Origin: a virus
Virus record (IMG/VR): IMGVR_UViG_3300027749_000055
Span: 32,001-96,000 of that record
Direction: 5' to 3' (one strand)
Length of the DNA: 64,000 nucleotides
Position numbers and translations under genes: made by a program. Positions 29,279 to 38,000 of this stretch are shown here, one piece after another (position 1 is the stretch's first letter; every line of letters starts with the position of its first letter). Below the pieces are notes generated by a model, which made no database searches, was not told the DNA's origin, and saw nothing but the letters and a program-made list of their open reading frames with translations.

Positions 29279-29280
29279 TG

Positions 29281-30060
29281 TTATCGTGCCTTCTCGTTCA
29301 GGTATTGAACGTAGAGTTTGGGGTTAGCCTGCGAAGCGGCAAGAAGCGCAGCCTCGTAGGAAGCCGACGTGCCAGAAGCGACGGCAGCCTTAGCGATTCC
29401 GTCCAACTTAGCGAAAGCGTCGTCAGCGGCAGGTGCGCTGTCTGAGCCAACTTCAGTGAAAACGGCGTTTGTGACCAGCAACGAGTTAGCCGAGTCAAGA
29501 GCCTTGACGATTTCGTTAGCCAGAACAGCGTCCGACTCCGAAAGACGACGAAGCGCAGGGCCAACAATCGTAGGGTCAATGTTGAGTTGCGACCACTCGG
29601 CAGCCTTGATTACGGCAGCCTCATCAGCACGGGCTTCACGCTCGTTGATGAGGGCTTGCTCGCTCGCAGCAGCCTTGCGGAGAGCCGCCTCAGCAGTTGC
29701 CTTGCTGTCATTCAACATTTTCTTGATGACGCTCGGCATTGCCTTGACGATATCCGCCTCGTTCGCACTCTCAGGAATCACGACCATTGACGGACGTGGA
29801 GAGGTGAAAGACATTTGGAAATCCTCCAAGTTAGTAGGGGTTGGTTGTGCTTTGAAAACTCGCTTCGTCGTCTCGACGGGGGCTTGCTTCTTTAAGCGCA
29901 GTTCGTCAAGAACTGCTTGAATTTCGGAGGACGTGTTAGCAGACGACTTCATTACAACCCAACCTTCGTGGAGGTGTGCGGGGTGGTCTACCCCACTCGT
30001 CTCCTTGATGTTGAGTTTTTGCAACTTACGTCGTGCCACTTGTTCTCCTAGAACTAGCAA
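29281..30060 (-). CDS. Capsid scaffolding protein
   Basis: N-terminal RKLQKLNIKETSGVDHPA...VVMKS, coiled coil, C-terminal NPKLYVQY; upstream of cement and capsid genes. Confidence 0.75.
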   Translation of the reverse strand: MLVLGEQVARRKLQKLNIKETSGVDHPAHLHEGWVVMKSSANTSSEIQAVLDELRLKKQAPVETTKRVFKAQPTPTNLEDFQMSFTSPRPSMVVIPESANEADIVKAMPSVIKKMLNDSKATAEAALRKAAASEQALINEREARADEAAVIKAAEWSQLNIDPTIVGPALRRLSESDAVLANEIVKALDSANSLLVTNAVFTEVGSDSAPAADDAFAKLDGIAKAAVASGTSASYEAALLAASQANPKLYVQYLNEKAR

Positions 30061-30163
30061 CCTTTGAGTTATCTCGAAGGTCTTGACTACTAGAAGCGTA
30101 AGTGACGTTTTGGAAAAGTCAAGGCGTGTGAGTGTGTGCGCCCGAATTCGTTATTTTCTATGA

Positions 30164-31003
30164 CTAAAACGGGTCAGGCTCAGCCTTGGCGGGGCAAATG
30201 TCTTGGTAGGAACACCACCCGCAGAGGACACTCTCTTTCGGCGGGAAGAAGCCGTCCTCGTAGCAAGCCTCAACATTCGCCCACGTCTCCTTGACCCGTT
30301 GCTCAGCCTGAGCGATATCAGAATCAGTGACGGGCAGGGCGAGTGTCGTGCCGGTCTTGACGTAGAGCAACTTCATTTCCTTGGGGCGAATCCCATAGAC
30401 CTTCTCAATGAGATAGGCGTAAGTCTGCACTCCGTGGAAGGCTTTGGCTTCCCACCCTCGACGTGGGGGCTTGCCGGTTTTGTAGTCCACAATGGAATAC
30501 GAGCCGTCGGGCAGAACGTCAAGGCGGTCAATGATTCCTCGAAGACCCCAATCGTCGCCCATAGAGAAATCCAAACGAATCTCGACTTCTTTGGCAACAA
30601 CCGTGGTTGGGTCTTCCATTTGATAGTAGTTGCGAATCAACTTCACAATCTCGGCGGCAAAGTTTTGACGACCCACTGAATCGAGTTCAAGTTCTTCGGC
30701 AACCTCGTCGGTCACAAAGATAGGGAAGACCAGACGGAAGAACTCTAGGCAGTTGTCGAGCGTTCGCTTTTCGGGAGTCTCCATACTTTCTTGAAACATC
30801 ATCTCCATAACGGCGTGAAAGACCGTGCCACGGAAAGCGTCAATTTTCTTGCCCTCGACTCGTTTCTCGACGGAAACGTATTGGTATTGGCGGGGGCAGT
30901 TATTGAACTGCGAGATACGAGAGGGGGATAACCCGTCGGGCTTAGGGTGCAGATGAACGGGGGTTGAATCCATAACGCACACGATAGCAGGACGGTGCGA
31001 CAA
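30164..31003 (-). CDS. RecB/Cas4-like PD-(D/E)XK exonuclease
   Basis: LSPSRI...CPRQY, RGIIDRLD, IVDYKTG, Q..Y and CGWCSYQDIC (Fe-S-type cysteines). Confidence 0.9.
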   Translation of the reverse strand: MSHRPAIVCVMDSTPVHLHPKPDGLSPSRISQFNNCPRQYQYVSVEKRVEGKKIDAFRGTVFHAVMEMMFQESMETPEKRTLDNCLEFFRLVFPIFVTDEVAEELELDSVGRQNFAAEIVKLIRNYYQMEDPTTVVAKEVEIRLDFSMGDDWGLRGIIDRLDVLPDGSYSIVDYKTGKPPRRGWEAKAFHGVQTYAYLIEKVYGIRPKEMKLLYVKTGTTLALPVTDSDIAQAEQRVKETWANVEACYEDGFFPPKESVLCGWCSYQDICPAKAEPDPF

Positions 31004-31053
31004 GGTATTGAAACCCTTACAAATATTGGGCTTTCAAAAGTTAGATAAATAAC

Positions 31054-31082
31054 TTGCGTCTGTTACTCAACTGTGGTAGAGT
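31054..31082 (+). promoter_or_regulatory. Sigma70/SigA-type promoter
   Basis: TTGCGT-N17-TAGAGT with TG extended -10. Confidence 0.7.
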
Positions 31083-31087
31083 ATTAG

Positions 31088-31242
31088 AAGAACTAAAGAA
31101 CCACCCTGCGAAGGCGGGGAGGTGAGCCCGAACACCTTGCAGGGTGGGTCGGGAAGTTGTGAGCGAGACGGTTAGCCCTAGGAAACGGGAACTCCGGTAA
31201 GTAGCACAACGCAGAAGCCTCACCTTCGGGTGGGGCTTTTTT
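31088..31242 (+). ncRNA. Candidate structured small RNA (unassigned family)
   Basis: Non-coding ~150 nt between a promoter and an intrinsic terminator; stems ccaccctgc(g)aagg/ccttgcagggtgg, cggg/cccg and gttgtg/cacaac. Confidence 0.55.
31215..31242 (+). terminator. Intrinsic terminator
   Basis: aagcctcacc-ttcg-ggtggggctt-tttt. Confidence 0.85.
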
Positions 31243-31244
31243 GT

Positions 31245-31514
31245 TTACAGGGTGACTAAGCCGTTGTAGCGACGAGCCTTGCGGAAAATACGGTTGATTT
31301 TCTCCGCCGTCTTCATAGCCATAAGCAGGTCACGGACGGTCAGCGAGAAGTCGTAAAAGGGAACGCCCAGCCCGCCCTCAATGTAGTCGTAGCGAATCAA
31401 CCGCAGTTGTGCGTGGTCTTTGTCCGAGTAAACGACATACTTGTATTGACCGTCACGGGCTTCGAGGACGTTAGGGTCAGTTGTCTTCCATTCCAAAGCA
31501 GGACGGCGCAACAC
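31245..31514 (-). CDS. Hypothetical protein
   Basis: 89 aa ORF coupled to upstream gene. Confidence 0.55.
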   Translation of the reverse strand: MLRRPALEWKTTDPNVLEARDGQYKYVVYSDKDHAQLRLIRYDYIEGGLGVPFYDFSLTVRDLLMAMKTAEKINRIFRKARRYNGLVTL

Positions 31515-31759
31515 TAGATAGAACCCTCGGCATACTGTGCCAAATGCGACAGGTGTTCCATCAGTTCCAACTTGGTAATGTGTTCACCCGCAATGCGGAG
31601 AGCCTCGGTGAGACGCTCGTTATCGGCGGCGAGTTGTTCAAGGCTTGTTCTTTGGTTGAGCGCAATCTGAATAAGACGACCAATATCGGTAGCGTCGTAA
31701 GCGTCTTGCGTCACGGACTTCCAAATTCTGTCGGTCAATTCTTGCAAAGGCTGGCTCAT
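31514..31759 (-). CDS. Hypothetical coiled-coil protein
   Basis: Likely start MSQPLQ at 31759 after GAGGGAG. Confidence 0.6.
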   Translation of the reverse strand: MSQPLQELTDRIWKSVTQDAYDATDIGRLIQIALNQRTSLEQLAADNERLTEALRIAGEHITKLELMEHLSHLAQYAEGSI

Positions 31760-31812
31760 AATGTCTCCCTCACTAGGGTTGCTTACCCACAGGTTAGCAC
31801 ACAACCTGTGGA

Positions 31813-32190
31813 TTACTGCTGTTCCATAAAGCGAAACCACGTTTCGGGCTTGGCGGGGTCGGGTTTGTATTCGACGGCGGTTTCACGCCAACACAAAATG
31901 CAAACAACAAAGATTTCCCCGTTTTCGTTTGCCTCGGTGGTCTTGACCCGCCAATCGTGCTGGCATATTTCGGGATTATGACCGCTAACGACTCGAATCA
32001 TCTTGCGATTGCCGTCACGGGTGATTTTCCCTTGACGTTCAAGGTTCTTGATGACTTCCTGAACGGTAGAGGTGGAGTTGATTCCAAACGCTTTGCCAAT
32101 TGCTCGAAGCGATGGTGGATAGCCAAGTTCTTTGTTATGCCAAGCAACGTATCGGACGATTTCGTCCCCAGAGCGGGCGGTTAGGTTCAC
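31813..32190 (-). CDS. LexA-like winged-HTH DNA-binding protein with Zn-ribbon-like tail
   Basis: LTAR..EIV.YV......GYPPSLRAIG...GINSTSTV...LERQGKITR matches the LexA DBD pattern; no peptidase domain; C.H...C..C. Confidence 0.8.
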   Translation of the reverse strand: MNLTARSGDEIVRYVAWHNKELGYPPSLRAIGKAFGINSTSTVQEVIKNLERQGKITRDGNRKMIRVVSGHNPEICQHDWRVKTTEANENGEIFVVCILCWRETAVEYKPDPAKPETWFRFMEQQ

Positions 32191-32465
32191 GCTTGGAACG
32201 TCTCCTTTTCGTGCGATTCGACCAGCAGGTTCTCAATGTAGGTCGGCAAGTCTTTGTCGGAAATACCAAGGTGAGCCGCCAAGCGTCCAGCCGTGAGGTG
32301 AAAAGCGGTGCGATACAAATCCCGCTGTTCGTGAATTTCCTCGATAATTTCCTTTTGAACCTGTCCAGCCAGCGACACAAGGTGCAGGCTGTTGGTCAGT
32401 TCGGCGTTCGACTTGCTCATTCGCTCGACGGACTCGACCAAAGATTTCACTAAAGACTTCTTCAC
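32187..32465 (-). CDS. Hypothetical protein
   Basis: 92 aa helical ORF with coupled start/stop. Confidence 0.55.
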   Translation of the reverse strand: MKKSLVKSLVESVERMSKSNAELTNSLHLVSLAGQVQKEIIEEIHEQRDLYRTAFHLTAGRLAAHLGISDKDLPTYIENLLVESHEKETFQA

Positions 32466-33694
32466 TTGCCCTCCTTCATTTTTCCCTTGATGTAGCGAAC
32501 CAAATCCTTCAAGTAAGCCTTGATGTGCGGGGGCGCAAGCCGTATTGCCTCTTGAAACATCTCAACCGCCCTCTTGTCGTTTTCCAACCCAAGATAGCAA
32601 AATCCCAAACGCTCATACGGGGCGTAAGAATACAAAACCACATTGGTCGGGAACGAAACGTCAGGCGGACACTTCATTCCTGTAATGGCAGTGTAAAACG
32701 GAATGGCGTTTGTCCAATCCTCTTTGGTGTAATACAAATCGCCCAAGTCCCACCACGGCTCAGCGAGGGTCGGGTGGTCGTGGATTGACCGAAGAAGCGA
32801 CGTAATCCCTTCTTCTATTTTTCCAACTTTGATTTGGCACTTGCCGAGATAGCGATAGATATCGGCAATTGGGTATTCTTCGCCGTAGCCCTTAGCGACA
32901 AACTCTTCCAAAATCGGCAGGGCTTCTTCGTAGCGTTCAAGGACAATGAGTTCCCGTGCGTAAAGGAAAAATAAGCGGGGGTAGTGCCCCATAGCCAGAG
33001 CCTTCTTCATTACTTCAATATTGCGAAGTGCGCCGTTTTCCGAACCGCCGTCGTGGTCTACGACAATTAGCCCCTCTGCCTTTACGGAAACGCCTTTGTC
33101 GGTCACAAGAAATTCGTGGATTGGCTCAATCCATCGCAAAGACGGAATTCGTCGTGCTACTCGGCTTCCCCAAATCTGCTTGGTGACGTTGCCGTGCTGG
33201 TCGTGCGTTCGATTCAAAATACCCCAAATCAACTCCACGTCGGAATTGGAAATATCGGACTCTTTAAACTTTTTGAACCATTGAATAGTGAAATCTGGCA
33301 GGGTATCCCCTGTGTCGAGCCAGAATGTCCAATCCCCCGTGCATTTTGACAAGGCAAAGTTTCGGGCGGCGGAGAAATCGTCCACCCACTCAAAATCAAA
33401 GACTTGCGCCCCGTAGGATTCGGCAATTGCCTTTGTATCGTCCGTCGAGCCGGTGTCCACCACGATTATCTCGTCCGTGAACGAGGTTACGCAGGCAAGC
33501 GTCTGCCCAATTACGTCCGCATTATTGCGGGCAATCATATGAAGGGAGAGTTTCATTGTTTTTTCGATAAGTATTTTTCCGGCACTAACCCCGTGTAGCG
33601 GTGTCCGTTCGCTTGGTGCGGGAAGGGGAACTTGGTTCCGCACATCTGGCAAATGACGTAAACGGTATTTCCGTTCGCCGTCATCAAAATCCAA
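32462..33694 (-). CDS. Family 2 glycosyltransferase with TPR repeats
   Basis: EIIVVDTGSTD.T..IA...GA.V..F.WVDDFSAARNFAL...TGDW.FWLD, IHE, followed by TPRs; true start possibly 33556 (MKLSLH). Confidence 0.9.
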   Translation of the reverse strand: MDFDDGERKYRLRHLPDVRNQVPLPAPSERTPLHGVSAGKILIEKTMKLSLHMIARNNADVIGQTLACVTSFTDEIIVVDTGSTDDTKAIAESYGAQVFDFEWVDDFSAARNFALSKCTGDWTFWLDTGDTLPDFTIQWFKKFKESDISNSDVELIWGILNRTHDQHGNVTKQIWGSRVARRIPSLRWIEPIHEFLVTDKGVSVKAEGLIVVDHDGGSENGALRNIEVMKKALAMGHYPRLFFLYARELIVLERYEEALPILEEFVAKGYGEEYPIADIYRYLGKCQIKVGKIEEGITSLLRSIHDHPTLAEPWWDLGDLYYTKEDWTNAIPFYTAITGMKCPPDVSFPTNVVLYSYAPYERLGFCYLGLENDKRAVEMFQEAIRLAPPHIKAYLKDLVRYIKGKMKEGK

Positions 33695-33700
33695 TTGTGA

Positions 33701-33880
33701 TTACAGTTCCGGCTCACGCATTACTCCCTGAATAAATGTCTCGACGTAGTGCATTGCCCTGTTCTCGGTGTCGAAGTCTGGCGTGTGAATAACAGCGTGG
33801 AATGTCTGGTCGGGGTCTTGGTAGACCTTGACAAAGAATCCCTTGCCCGACCAAATGTGAATGGTCTGCTTATTTTCCAC
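33701..33880 (-). CDS. Small hypothetical protein
   Basis: Own translation: GTG start, ENKQTIHIWSGKGFFVKVY...EPEL* (59 aa, below track cutoff). Confidence 0.45.
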   Translation of the reverse strand: MENKQTIHIWSGKGFFVKVYQDPDQTFHAVIHTPDFDTENRAMHYVETFIQGVMREPEL

Positions 33881-33997
33881 GTCGCAGGAACTTTCCGATG
33901 AACCACGGCTTCTTCTGACTGGCGGTGTAATCGCTACGCCACTTCGCCCATTTTTTCTTAGCGTCTTGGGTGCGCTGGTCTTCTCGGAGACTACGGC

Positions 33998-34168
33998 TCA
34001 CTGCGCCCACACTCGAATAACGACTTGGCAGGGGTCGCCCCCGTCTTCCCATTCTTGCTCTTCTTCGGTGGTGCTAGGGATACCTTCGTGCGTTCCGCAT
34101 TGCTGGTCGGAAACCCAACCCTTGCCTACGCCCAAAGCCAGCCATTCGTAAAAGGTCATTTCGCTCAT
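33998..34168 (-). CDS. Small acidic Cys/His protein
   Basis: Own translation: MSEMTFYEWLALGVGKGWVSDQQCGTHEGIP...EWEDGGDPCQVVIRVWAQ*. Confidence 0.6.
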   Translation of the reverse strand: MSEMTFYEWLALGVGKGWVSDQQCGTHEGIPSTTEEEQEWEDGGDPCQVVIRVWAQ

Positions 34169-34210
34169 ACAGCAAGGATAGCCATTTTTGCTAACCCGTG
34201 GTGGATATAT

Positions 34211-34627
34211 TTACCAACCGTGACCGCAGCCCCATTGGTCAGGAACGTAATCGGGAACGCCACCGTGCGCCTGTATGCGACGAGCCACAACGACTTGCTC
34301 TTCGGGCGTTGCGTCAGCGGCGTTCCAAGCGAACTCACCACCGCCGAAGCGAATCCAATTGTAGTTAGTGATTCCCAAGCCACCGGAATAGAGCGAGCCT
34401 TGGACGTGCCAATTCCCGCCTTCCTCGCATTGGTTCACCCGTTCCCACTTAGCCATAATCTCAGGCGAGACGAGTGGTGGTGGGGTCGGTGGTGCAACCG
34501 TTGTGGTGGTGGCGACGACAGGCACAGTGGTCGTGGCGACGTGAGCCTTACTCGCTAAGTGATTCGCTGGGAAGACCCCAGCGGTGGCGGTGAGGACTAC
34601 ACAGAGTCCTCGAACCAGCACCCTCAC
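34211..34627 (-). CDS. rpf: Resuscitation-promoting-factor (Rpf)-like secreted transglycosylase
   Basis: Signal peptide, Thr/Pro linker, WERVNQCEEGGNW...YSGGLG....W...GG...A..ATPEEQVVVA...W.C Rpf motif. Confidence 0.85.
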   Translation of the reverse strand: MRVLVRGLCVVLTATAGVFPANHLASKAHVATTTVPVVATTTTVAPPTPPPLVSPEIMAKWERVNQCEEGGNWHVQGSLYSGGLGITNYNWIRFGGGEFAWNAADATPEEQVVVARRIQAHGGVPDYVPDQWGCGHGW

Positions 34628-34725
34628 TTGCCACCAATGCTAAAGGGACACGAACTGCTACTTGCGTTAGTGCTGTTCATCACAGACACCTCCTATGGGT
34701 AGTGTTGCCCGTAGGCAACCTGATA

Positions 34726-34754
34726 ACTCTAGCCGAACGAACGTTCGGTAGCAA
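34726..34754 (-). promoter_or_regulatory. Promoter of rpf with SOS-box-like operator in the spacer
   Basis: TTGCTA-N17-TAGAGT on the minus strand; spacer contains CGAAC-N4-GTTCG (34734-34747). Confidence 0.65.
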
Positions 34755-34794
34755 GTCCTTTATGGTTGAGCAAACACCCTTGATTTATAGGGGT

Positions 34795-35025
34795 TTAGTG
34801 GCTCAACAAATAGGTCACTTCTCGCTTTAGGCGGTCAGGGGCGGGAGTATAGGCGGGCGTTTCGGTGAAGTGCTTGACCCCAGCCTTTTGCTTGGCGGGT
34901 GTTTCGTGCGATAGGTCGAGAACGTCTAAGAGTTGCGGGAGGGTTGTGACGACCGAGCCATCGAGGTTGCGGATATCCCAACTGCGAGTCTTCAGCCAAT
35001 CCTCGTTCATCAAGTTGTTGTCCAT
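34795..35025 (-). CDS. Small hypothetical protein directly after the polyvalent protein
   Basis: 76 aa; starts 2 nt after the stop of the 1222-aa gene. Confidence 0.65.
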   Translation of the reverse strand: MDNNLMNEDWLKTRSWDIRNLDGSVVTTLPQLLDVLDLSHETPAKQKAGVKHFTETPAYTPAPDRLKREVTYLLSH

Positions 35026-35027
35026 TT

Positions 35028-38000
35028 TTACTCAGCCACCGTTTCGTAGTTCCATTTGTCCCTACCGCCCAATAAGACTATCTCACGCTCACTATAGCAA
35101 CCCAACCCCGTTTCAGCACAGGAAAAGACTCGGCTAGCGGGCGCAACGCCGGAGAGAACCATACCTTTATAGTCACTCCCTTGGGTCGAGAAAGTGCCGT
35201 CGGCAAACTTTTGGGCAACAATTGAGTCATACGAGAACGAACTCAGGGGACGGGTGGCGATTTCGGGGAATCCGCCAGCACCCGTGATTTCATTGAATTC
35301 GTCTTCGAAAAATTCCATACCTCGATACAGCGGGACTTGGGTAATACCGTTCTTGGCAAGGTAGCCCTGCGTCTCGTCGTATTGAGCACGGAGAAAGGCT
35401 CGGTAGAGGTCGCCATTTTTGCTGTATTCGTCGTCTACTTTGTTGCCGTCTTCACCTTGCCATTCAGCCGTTTCCTTCAGACCAAACTCTTCGGCGGCGG
35501 CTTTTTGAATCGCCAAATTCTTTGTGGTTTCGTTTGAACCAATTGCCCACAAACTTACAAGTGCGCTTGCGCCAAGTTCGGCAAGCCGTTGCTTGATTCG
35601 AGGGTCGTCGCCGTGAACAACCTCAGTGCCATTTTCAACCGCTTGGTCTGCGTCGGATTCTTTCAAAAGATAGGGTGCTTCAAAACCTTCGTCCCCAATG
35701 CTTCTAAAGGTGTAGAGGGAGTCGTGGTCGAAATAAACCTGTGGCACAACATCAAAGTCGCCCGCAATAAAACCCTGTTCCAATAAATAAAACCGAGGGC
35801 AAGCCGTAGCAAGGCGGTCAGCCCATTTGTCCCCCATACGAGCGGCAATATTTTCCGCCACTTTTTGCTTCAGTTCGGGCGCAACTTGTTCTGAATCTTC
35901 AGGTTCCATTGAGTCACGGTCAAAATCTTCGCCCTCGATTGCCACGCCAAGTTTGTCTACGAGTGGAACCATTGCGTCGTAGGAATCAACGTGTGGGTCA
36001 ATTTTCCCAAGGGATTCCCTGTGTCGTCCTGAACCAGGCCCGCCCTTGCGGACAGAAATCAACTTTGTGTAGTCAGGATTACTTGTAGATTTGGTGATAA
36101 ACACTTTGTTAGGCTTTCGCCAGACGGTATCTTCAAAACCCATAACACGGTTGTATTTGGGGTCTAGGCTTTCAGCAAAGTTCTTTCCCGCTTGTGAAGC
36201 AAAGCCACCGTGCAAAATTAAGGGCTTGTCCCCCATCATTTTTATTTGGTTTCGCATAGCGTCCACCATTTTGCGAGCAATACCCTGACCACGCACTTTT
36301 TCATCGGTCTGAATGTGCCAGATTTTCACCACAGGGCCTGCGATGTTTTTGTCACCCCAGTCATAGTGCGCTTTCGCTTGACCGATGATTACACCGTCTT
36401 TGTTGCGAACTTCCATACCAATACGGTCATCATTACCGTATTTTCCGTCACTAAGCAATCCTTCGTCAGCCGTGATTTTGTATTCATTGCCATTCTCGTC
36501 TGTGAAGGTTCGTTCGCCCTCACCCGTCTTAGTCCACTGATTACCCTCAGGCTTACGACCCGAACCAGGCCCGCCCTTACCAATCTCGACGGGGCTATGA
36601 CCCTCTCCTTGGTCGGCGGTGAAGCGAGACTGCTTGGCTTCTTGGCGATTTGATTCCGCCTTGGCTTCTAATTGCGTCTTTTCACTACCCTGCGCTTGCT
36701 TGGCGGCTGTCGAGTAAAGACGAGCGGCTGATTCGTGAGCAAAAGCGGCTGAATCCCACTTCTCCTTACGGCGCAAGTCCCACGCCCGTTGCTCAGCAGT
36801 TTGAGCGGCTTGCAAAGATTTGGAAACGTTTTGGCTGTTTTTTTTGACTTCTTTTGCTTGGTCTTCTTCAAATTGTGCGACAATTGCTAGGTAGTAAAGA
36901 CGAGAGGCTTCGGTTTCGTTGCCATTTTCTTGCTCACGCTTGGCTTCTTCACGCAGTTCCGAGGCGGTCAGGTCGCCGTCTTTTGACCGAGCGGCTATTT
37001 TTGCAACATCAGCGATTTTACTATCGTCAAGAACCGTAATGTAGTTGGCGTTTGGAACTACTGCCGATAGGTCGTAGACAAGGCTGTGGTTCTCATCACT
37101 ATAAGTGCCTTCGCCTTCGTTCACATAGTAATAACCATTTTTGGCGTTGTTTCTGGTAATTTGCCCACGCATACGGCTATTGGCTTGGTCATCACCAACG
37201 GGCGACCACACGCTGTTTTTCATACTTCCCGTAATAATCACGGGGGTAATATCGGGCTTGCTGTCCATAGCGATAGGGGTTCCGTCGGAGTAAACCGCTT
37301 CGCCTTGGTGGTCGGCGGGGTAGTGGGGAATTTGCGCCCAATCGTCCTCAGCACCGTAGCCAGCACCCGTTGAGACGATAAGCGTCTTGCCGTATTCCTC
37401 GGTTCCGTCCCAATCCTTACCGTCAGCCCGTCTGCCAATTCGTGCTTCAAGTGCGTCCTTTGCGGCTTTGTAGCCCCCAACGTGAACGCCGTAAGAGGCT
37501 TGTTTGAGTCCGATTTTGCCATTTGGAGAGCCGTGCCAAAAAACAGCGTGTGATTCTCCGTCGGGGGTGGTAATCATTTCGGGAAGGGCGTAAGTCAATT
37601 CGCCCCAGAGTCCGCCCAAAAATTTTCCGTATCGCTTTGCGCCATTTTCTTTGTGCCTACCGCTGCCCGGCCCACCCTTTTCCACCTTGTCCAACTGAGC
37701 AACAACTTTCTTTGCCCACGAATAACCAGCGTCTCCGCCCCACGCATACCAAGCAACCTTGCCTGGGCTGGGTTCGTTCCAATGCGGGCTGTCCTTGTCG
37801 CCTTGGTGACGGTCAAAATACGCCTTCATACGGCGAATGGTGGTTTCCGATACTGACGTACCACGGGCGAGGTCTGAGGCTCGCTTGCGTCCAACGGGGG
37901 TGAAGCCAGAGCCAGCCTTGCCGTCTTTGAGCCATTCCAACGCTTTTTTTCCAGCGTCTTGAACGCCCTGCGGGGGTGAGAACGTGTCGGATTTTTCCAC

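Noticed and set aside
30164-31003. Cas4 as evidence of a CRISPR-Cas locus
   Set aside because: No cas1/cas2 or array; solo Cas4/RecB-like nucleases are common in phages.
31088-31242. tRNA or tmRNA
   Set aside because: No cloverleaf, T-loop GTTCRA or CCA end; kept only as an unassigned ncRNA candidate.
34630-34790. c-di-AMP (ydaO) riboswitch expected upstream of rpf
   Set aside because: The leader between promoter and start is too short and shows no recognisable riboswitch consensus.
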